From contig DASZTG010000021.1 of assembly GCA_035548375.1 (NCBI GenBank), forward strand, positions 138,646 to 202,645: a stretch of DNA of 64,000 nucleotides, given 5' to 3'. The position numbers were made by a program, and so were the translations under genes. This stretch comes from Burkholderiales bacterium. GTDB lineage: Bacteria > Pseudomonadota > Gammaproteobacteria > Burkholderiales > JACQAP01. Positions 58,523 to 64,000 of the stretch are shown here, in pieces. How positions within the stretch are numbered: position 1 is the first letter of the stretch; each line of letters begins with the position of its first letter. The notes below the pieces were generated by a model. It was given only the letters and a program-made list of their open reading frames with translations, was not told the DNA's origin and ran no database searches.

Positions 58523-61393
58523 ATGCAATTAGGCACTCACCAGGGCGCGGCAGCATCGTCCGGCAACTACCCCGTTGAAAGCGATTCCTCTTCGCAGGAA
58601 AAAGAGCGTTACGCCCAGTACAAGATCATTCGTCGCAACGGTGCGGTGGTGTCCTTCGAGCCCGGCAAGATTTCGGTTGCGGTCACGAAGGCGTTCCTGG
58701 CCATCAACGGCGGGCAGGGTGCGGCGTCCGCGCGCGTGCGCGAAATGGTGGAAAAGCTGACGGAATCCGTCGTCGGTGCGCTCATGCGCCGGCAGCCGAA
58801 CGGCGGCACCTTCCATATCGAGGACGTTCAGGACCAGGTCGAGTTGTCGCTCATGCGTTCAGGCGAGCACGAGGTCGCGCGGGCCTATGTGCTGTATCGC
58901 GAGGACCGGGCCCGCGAGCGCGCCCGCAATCGCGAGGCGCATGCGGCCGCCGCACCGGCTTCGGCGATCAACGTGGTCGAAGGCGGCCGGACCCGCCCGC
59001 TCGAGCTCGATCGCCTGACCGCGCTGATCAAGGATTCCTGCGAAGGCCTGGGTCGCGCGGTCGATGCCTCGCTCATCCTGCAGATGACGTTGAAGGATTT
59101 GTACGAAGGCGTGCCGATGGAAGAAGTGCGCAAGTGCACCATTCTGGCGGCCCGTTCCCTCATCGAGAAGGATCCGGCCTACAGCTACGTGACGGCCCGA
59201 CTCCTATTAAATAGCGTGCGTTTCGAGGTTTTGGGCGAGGAAGTATCGCAGGGCGACATGCTCAGCCGGTATGCGGACTACTTTCCCCAGTTCATCAAGC
59301 GCGGCATCGACGCCGGACTGCTGGACGAGCGCCTGAGCCGCTTCGACCTCAATTCCCTGGGCGCCGCGCTGGATGCAACCCGCGATTTCAAGTTCGGCTA
59401 TCTCGGGCTGCAAACCCTGTATGACCGCTACTTCCTGCACGTCAGCGACCGGCGCATCGAGCTGCCGCAGGCATTTTTCATGCGGGTTGCGATGGGCCTC
59501 GCGATCAACGAAGTGGAGCGCGAAGCGAGGGCCATCGAGTTCTACAACGTGCTATCGAGCTTCGATTTCATGTCGTCGACGCCGACCTTGTTCAATTCCG
59601 GTACCCAGCGCTCGCAGCTCTCGAGCTGCTACCTGACCACGGTGTCGGACGACCTCGAAGGCATCTACGACGCCATCAAGGAAAACGCATTGCTGTCCAA
59701 GTTTGCCGGCGGGCTGGGCAACGACTGGACGCCGGTGCGTGCCTTGGGCTCGCACATCAAGGGAACGAATGGCCGGTCCCAGGGCGTAGTGCCGTTCCTG
59801 AAGGTGGTCAACGACACCGCCGTCGCGGTGAACCAGGGCGGCAAGCGCAAGGGCGCGGTTTGCTCCTATCTGGAAACCTGGCACCTCGACATCGAGGAAT
59901 TCCTGGAATTGCGCAAGAACACGGGCGACGACCGCCGCCGCACCCATGACATGAACACGGCGAACTGGATTCCCGACCTGTTCATGAAGCGGGTCATGGA
60001 AGCGGGAGAGTGGACCCTGTTCTCGCCGGCCGATGCCCCGGACCTGCACGACAAGGTCGGCAAGGAATTCGAGGCGGCCTACACGGAATACGAGCGCAGG
60101 ACGCGAACCGGCGAACTGAAGCTGTTCAAGCGGGTTCCGGCGCTGACCATCTGGCGCAAGATGCTGACCATGCTGTTCGAAACCGGGCATCCGTGGATCA
60201 CGTTCAAGGATCCCTGCAACATCCGCAGCCCGCAACAGCATGTCGGCATGGTGCACAGCTCCAACCTGTGCACGGAAATAACGCTCAACACCTCGGACAC
60301 CGAGATCGCCGTCTGCAACCTGGGGTCGGTCAACCTCGTCGCCCATATCAAGGACGGCAAGCTGGACCAGGAAAAGCTCAAGAACACCGTGTCGACCGCC
60401 ATGCGCATGCTCGACAACGTGATCGACATCAACTATTACGCGGTGAACAAGGCACGCAACGCCAATTTCAAGCATCGCCCGGTCGGGCTCGGCATCATGG
60501 GATTCCAGGACTGCCTGCATGAGATGCGCGTGGCCTACGGTTCGACGGAGGCGATGGAATTCGCCGACCGCTCGATGGAGGCGGTGGCCTACTATGCCTA
60601 TTGGGCCTCCACCGAACTGGCGGAAGAGCGCGGGCGCTATTCCACCTACGACGGCTCGCTCTGGTCCAAGGGCATCCTGCCGCAGGATTCGCTGAAGCTG
60701 CTCGCCGAAGAACGCGGCGGATACGTGGAAGTCGACGGCTCTTCGGCCCTGAACTGGGATCCGCTGCGTGCCCGCATCCGCCAGTTCGGCATGCGCAATT
60801 CCAATTGCCTCGCCATTGCGCCGACGGCGACCATTGCCAACATCGTGGGCGTATCGGCTTCGATCGAGCCGACCTACCAGAACCTGTACGTGAAGTCGAA
60901 CCTGTCGGGCGAATTCACCGTGACCAACGAATACCTGGTCCATGACCTTAAGCGGCTCAACATGTGGGACGAGGTCATGATCGCCGACCTGAAGTACTTC
61001 GACGGCAGCCTGGCCAAGATCGATCGCATTCCGCAGGACATCCGCTCGCTCTATGCCACGGCCTTCGAGGTCGACCCGACCTGGGTCGTTGAGGCCGGCT
61101 CGCGCCGGCAAAAATGGATAGACCAAGCCCAGTCTCTCAACATATATATGGCGGGCGCCTCCGGCAAAAAGCTGGACGACACCTACAAGCTGGCCTGGAA
61201 GCGCGCGCTGAAGACCACGTACTACTTGCGCACGCTTGGCGCGACCTCGACGGAAAAATCGACCGGCCGCGCCGGCCAGCTCAATTCGGTGCCGAGCGAT
61301 GCGGGTGCATCGGGAATGAATGCCGCGGAAGCGCCAGCCGAGGAAGCCAAGTTCTGCAGTATCGATAACCCCGAGTGCGAGGCATGCCAGTAA
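58523..61393 (+). CDS. nrdA: Class Ia ribonucleotide reductase alpha subunit
   Basis: GAGGGAG then ATG 58523. ATP-cone KIIRRNGAVVSFEPGKI, active site SSNLCTEI, and the C-terminal CEACQ pair. Confidence 0.95.
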   Translation: MQLGTHQGAAASSGNYPVESDSSSQEKERYAQYKIIRRNGAVVSFEPGKISVAVTKAFLAINGGQGAASARVREMVEKLTESVVGALMRRQPNGGTFHIEDVQDQVELSLMRSGEHEVARAYVLYREDRARERARNREAHAAAAPASAINVVEGGRTRPLELDRLTALIKDSCEGLGRAVDASLILQMTLKDLYEGVPMEEVRKCTILAARSLIEKDPAYSYVTARLLLNSVRFEVLGEEVSQGDMLSRYADYFPQFIKRGIDAGLLDERLSRFDLNSLGAALDATRDFKFGYLGLQTLYDRYFLHVSDRRIELPQAFFMRVAMGLAINEVEREARAIEFYNVLSSFDFMSSTPTLFNSGTQRSQLSSCYLTTVSDDLEGIYDAIKENALLSKFAGGLGNDWTPVRALGSHIKGTNGRSQGVVPFLKVVNDTAVAVNQGGKRKGAVCSYLETWHLDIEEFLELRKNTGDDRRRTHDMNTANWIPDLFMKRVMEAGEWTLFSPADAPDLHDKVGKEFEAAYTEYERRTRTGELKLFKRVPALTIWRKMLTMLFETGHPWITFKDPCNIRSPQQHVGMVHSSNLCTEITLNTSDTEIAVCNLGSVNLVAHIKDGKLDQEKLKNTVSTAMRMLDNVIDINYYAVNKARNANFKHRPVGLGIMGFQDCLHEMRVAYGSTEAMEFADRSMEAVAYYAYWASTELAEERGRYSTYDGSLWSKGILPQDSLKLLAEERGGYVEVDGSSALNWDPLRARIRQFGMRNSNCLAIAPTATIANIVGVSASIEPTYQNLYVKSNLSGEFTVTNEYLVHDLKRLNMWDEVMIADLKYFDGSLAKIDRIPQDIRSLYATAFEVDPTWVVEAGSRRQKWIDQAQSLNIYMAGASGKKLDDTYKLAWKRALKTTYYLRTLGATSTEKSTGRAGQLNSVPSDAGASGMNAAEAPAEEAKFCSIDNPECEACQ

Positions 61394-61780
61394 TGGGTAA
61401 GGCGGCGCGCCTGAATGAGGTGGACGCTAGCTTGGTTCATCGGACCAAGTTAAGTGCAAAGCACGGCCGGAACCGCAACCCGCAAGGCTTCTTTGGAAGC
61501 CTGCCAAGGAACGGCGGGGCCTGCCAGTGAGGGCAGCGCGGCAGGCCGGCGTCGCCGCGAGAAGGCGATTGGCATTCTGGCTGCGCCGCGCGCGCGAAGA
61601 ACAGGTCCGGCTCGCGATGTCGACGCGGCCGCTGCGGAGAAATTGAGTGTCCTTATTCGGCGCGATGAACGAATCGAACTTCGATTTGTTGCGCATACGA
61701 CATAAAAAGGGGCCGCATTGCGGCCGAATATCAAAGAAGTATTTGACATTCCACCGATAACATTTATAAAGGAACCATCG

Positions 61781-62920
61781 ATGTTGCAATTTGAAGATCA
61801 CATTCCAGGCATCGGCGGCCCTGCATTGCAGCCCGTCGTGAATATCCCGCCCGCGCGAGTCCCGGCCGTCGCCGGCGGTTCAATATCCGCGGATGCGTCG
61901 ATGCGCCGGGTGCGCGTCGAAGACAAGCGCATCATCAATGGCAAGGCTGACGTAAACCAGCTGGTGCCGTTCAAGTACAAGTGGGCCTGGGACAAATACC
62001 TTTCGGGTTGCGCGAACCACTGGATGCCCCAGGAAATCAACATGAGCCGGGACATCGCCACGTGGAAGAACCCCGGCGGCCTGACCGAGGACGAGCGGCT
62101 GATCGTCAAGCGCAACCTCGGGTTCTTCGTGACGGCGGACAGCCTCGCCGCCAACAACATCGTGCTGGGCACCTATCGGCACATCACGGCGCCCGAATGC
62201 CGGCAGTATCTCTTGCGCCAGGCTTTCGAAGAGGCCATCCATACCCACGCCTACCAGTACATCGTCGAAAGCCTGGGGCTGGACGAGGGCGAGATCTTCA
62301 ATGCCTACCATGAGGTGTCGAGCATCCGGGAGAAGGACGAATTCCTGATCCCGTTCATCGAGACGCTGACGAATCCCGAATTCACCACCGGAACGCCGGA
62401 AACCGACCAGCAGTTGCTGAGAAGCCTGATCGTCTTCGCCTGCATCATGGAAGGCCTGTTCTTCTACGTCGGCTTCGCCCAGATCCTGGCGCTCGGCCGG
62501 CAGAACAAGATGACCGGGGCCGCCGAGCAGTACCAGTACATCCTGCGCGACGAGTCCATGCACTGCAATTTCGGCATCGACCTGATCAACCAGATCAAGA
62601 TGGAGAACCCCCATCTCTGGACTCCCGAGTTCCGCGACGACATTCGCGGGTTGATCCAGCGCGGCGTCGAACTGGAATACCGCTACGCGGAGGATACGAT
62701 GCCGCGCGGCGTGCTCGGACTCAACGCGCCGATGTTCAAGGAATATCTTCGCTTCGTCGCGAATCGTCGCGCACAGCAGATTGGACTTGATCCATTGTTC
62801 CCGGGAGCGAATAATCCGTTCCCGTGGATGTCGGAAATGATCGACCTGAAAAAGGAAAAGAACTTCTTCGAGACGCGTGTCATCGAGTACCAGACGGGTG
62901 GCGCGCTGAATTGGGATTGA
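61781..62920 (+). CDS. nrdB: Class Ia ribonucleotide reductase beta subunit
   Basis: AAGGAA then ATG 61781. Diiron ligand motifs EEAIHTHAY and DESMHCNF. Confidence 0.95.
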   Translation: MLQFEDHIPGIGGPALQPVVNIPPARVPAVAGGSISADASMRRVRVEDKRIINGKADVNQLVPFKYKWAWDKYLSGCANHWMPQEINMSRDIATWKNPGGLTEDERLIVKRNLGFFVTADSLAANNIVLGTYRHITAPECRQYLLRQAFEEAIHTHAYQYIVESLGLDEGEIFNAYHEVSSIREKDEFLIPFIETLTNPEFTTGTPETDQQLLRSLIVFACIMEGLFFYVGFAQILALGRQNKMTGAAEQYQYILRDESMHCNFGIDLINQIKMENPHLWTPEFRDDIRGLIQRGVELEYRYAEDTMPRGVLGLNAPMFKEYLRFVANRRAQQIGLDPLFPGANNPFPWMSEMIDLKKEKNFFETRVIEYQTGGALNWD

Positions 62921-63508
62921 GATGAGATATGCCGATCAAGTTCTGGTTGCGAAGGATGACCCGGCCGGTGCCGGGTTTCCCGCTTCGCGCAATCGCAGCC
63001 AAAGGACTTTTTCGAGATCCCGTGCGATCGAGCATCGGACGGGCCGCGCTCTGGACAGGGATTGACCGTGATGGCATCGATCTCCAGGGCCGCAAAGCCA
63101 TTCGTGAAACCCGCACTGCCCGATGCGACGTCGGGGGGTAGTGCATTCGACAGGCTGAATGGGTAAACCGGACACAACCGAATTTCATTCATCGCGAATC
63201 GCGCACCAACCTTCCCCGGGTTGCGGCGCCGGACCGGAAACCACGGGTTTCCAGTCAAAGATTCCCTTTCCCAGCCGTATTCATTCCCTGGCCGGCGATG
63301 GTTTTCCATCGGATCGCGGCCTTCATCATTTGTTTTTCCGGAATCGTTCCGCGCTCGAGTTTCTTCGAGGGCGGGCAACAGGACTGTCCCTTGACCGGAC
63401 ATGCGGCTTGCATGGCGCGCGCACGGTCATGGGCGGTAAGCGCGCAGGGGAAATCCTTCTCCTGCGTGCCGGTAGTACCTTTGTTTAACTCTCATTAGGA
63501 GAATCAGA

Positions 63509-63859
63509 ATGGCTGCAAAGAAAAAAGCTGCAAAGAAGACCGCGAAGAAAAAGACCGCGAAGAAGGCCGCGAAGAAGCCTGCGAAAAAGGCTGCGAAGAA
63601 GCCCGCGAAAAAGGCGGCGAAAAAGCCTGCTAAAAAGGCCGCGAAGCGGCCGGCCAAGAAAAAGGCCGCGAAGAAGAAGGCCAAGAAGCCGGCCAAGAAA
63701 AAGGCGAAGAAGGCTGCGAAAAAGAAGCCTGCCAAAAAGAAGGCGGCCAAAAAGAAGCCTGCGTCCAAGCCGGTTGCGATGAGCGCACCGGCGGCGCCGA
63801 AGCCTGTTTCAGCACCGGCGGCCTGGCCGTTTCCGGTAGCCGGCAACCGGCCTAACTAA
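63509..63859 (+). CDS. Histone H1-like Lys/Ala-rich nucleoid protein
   Basis: AGGAGA then ATG. MAAKKKAAKKTAKKKTAKKAAKKPAKKAAKKPAKK... with a non-repetitive Pro/Ala tail. Confidence 0.75.
   Translation: MAAKKKAAKKTAKKKTAKKAAKKPAKKAAKKPAKKAAKKPAKKAAKRPAKKKAAKKKAKKPAKKKAKKAAKKKPAKKKAAKKKPASKPVAMSAPAAPKPVSAPAAWPFPVAGNRPN
63563..63660 (+). repeat. In-frame 24-bp tandem repeat (AAKKPAKK)n inside the H1-like gene
   Basis: The unit gccgcgaagaagcctgcgaaaaag is repeated about 4 times with synonymous variation. Confidence 0.7.
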
Positions 63860-64000
63860 GCTTCCCATATGCTCGCGGGCAATCTGCATCCGCGAGGGAT
63901 ACCAGGCACTGAGCCGCGAGCTTTGGGATTTGCAGCAAGCCTGACGTCGTGCCCGCAGTCGGTGCGACGCGTCTGGATTTAGTATCACACCCTCGCCGAT

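Noticed and set aside
61743-61770. Internal nrdB promoter TTGACA-N16-TATAAA
   Set aside because: The hexamers are good, but the -10 overlaps the nrdB Shine-Dalgarno (AAGGAA 61769-74). It would give an essentially leaderless transcript 4-10 nt before the ATG. It is more likely an AT-rich coincidence, and it needs TSS data.
62683-63402. 239-aa minus-strand ORF after nrdB, plus small + strand ORFs 62929..63141 and 63159..63488
   Set aside because: The long ORF overlaps the nrdB 3' end by about 240 nt. All have many A/T-ending codons, unlike real genes here, and show no motifs (no Cys pattern for a YfaE-type ferredoxin).

Overview
GC-rich chromosomal segment of a proteobacterium. The synteny ispB <> rplU-rpmA-obgE-proB, tRNA-Pro, PP0621-like/sensor kinase/sigma-54 regulator, ampD and nrdAB looks beta- or gammaproteobacterial. 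I can support about 60 protein genes, one tRNA, and no rRNA, CRISPR array, transposase or integrase. The left 45 kb is accessory metabolism. It holds two paralogous form-II CoxSLM-like molybdenum hydroxylase loci: one sits with a PotABCD-like ABC importer, an amidase and a LysR regulator, and the other sits with CoxD/CoxE maturation genes. It also holds formamidase fmdA-fmdB, several SDR, ADH and Ldh_2 oxidoreductases, a PaaK-like ligase with a DpgC-like crotonase, and a rubrerythrin/CCG Fe-S/DUF3501 trio. The right 15 kb is housekeeping. The most unusual signal is a family of at least seven, possibly eight or nine, inverted-repeat cassettes. Their 30-50 nt arms are built from a degenerate 9-nt purine-rich unit (CRCRRAGRR, e.g. 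CGCAAAGGA, CACGAAGGG, CACGGAGAA). The cassettes fill the intergenic gaps inside same-strand gene strings. Most have an 85-106 bp 'empty' spacer. One (33399-33932) carries a GxxExxY / PD-(D/E)XK-fold ORF wedged between coxD and coxE. One solo arm abuts a low-GC island with an orphan ORF. Each cassette's two arms match each other, yet cassettes come in different sequence 'flavours'. I read this as a MITE-like or rRNA-intervening-sequence-like cassette system whose full-length form may encode its own nuclease; that is inference, not proof. Other items worth a look are an intrinsic-terminator hairpin inside the fmdA leader, a 41-codon membrane ORF below the ORF-track cutoff, tandem NrdR-type boxes at nrdA, a long structured nrdA-nrdB spacer, and a roughly 590-bp gene-free gap after nrdB. 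Many long ORFs in the six-frame track are antisense shadow ORFs typical of GC-rich DNA and were not called.
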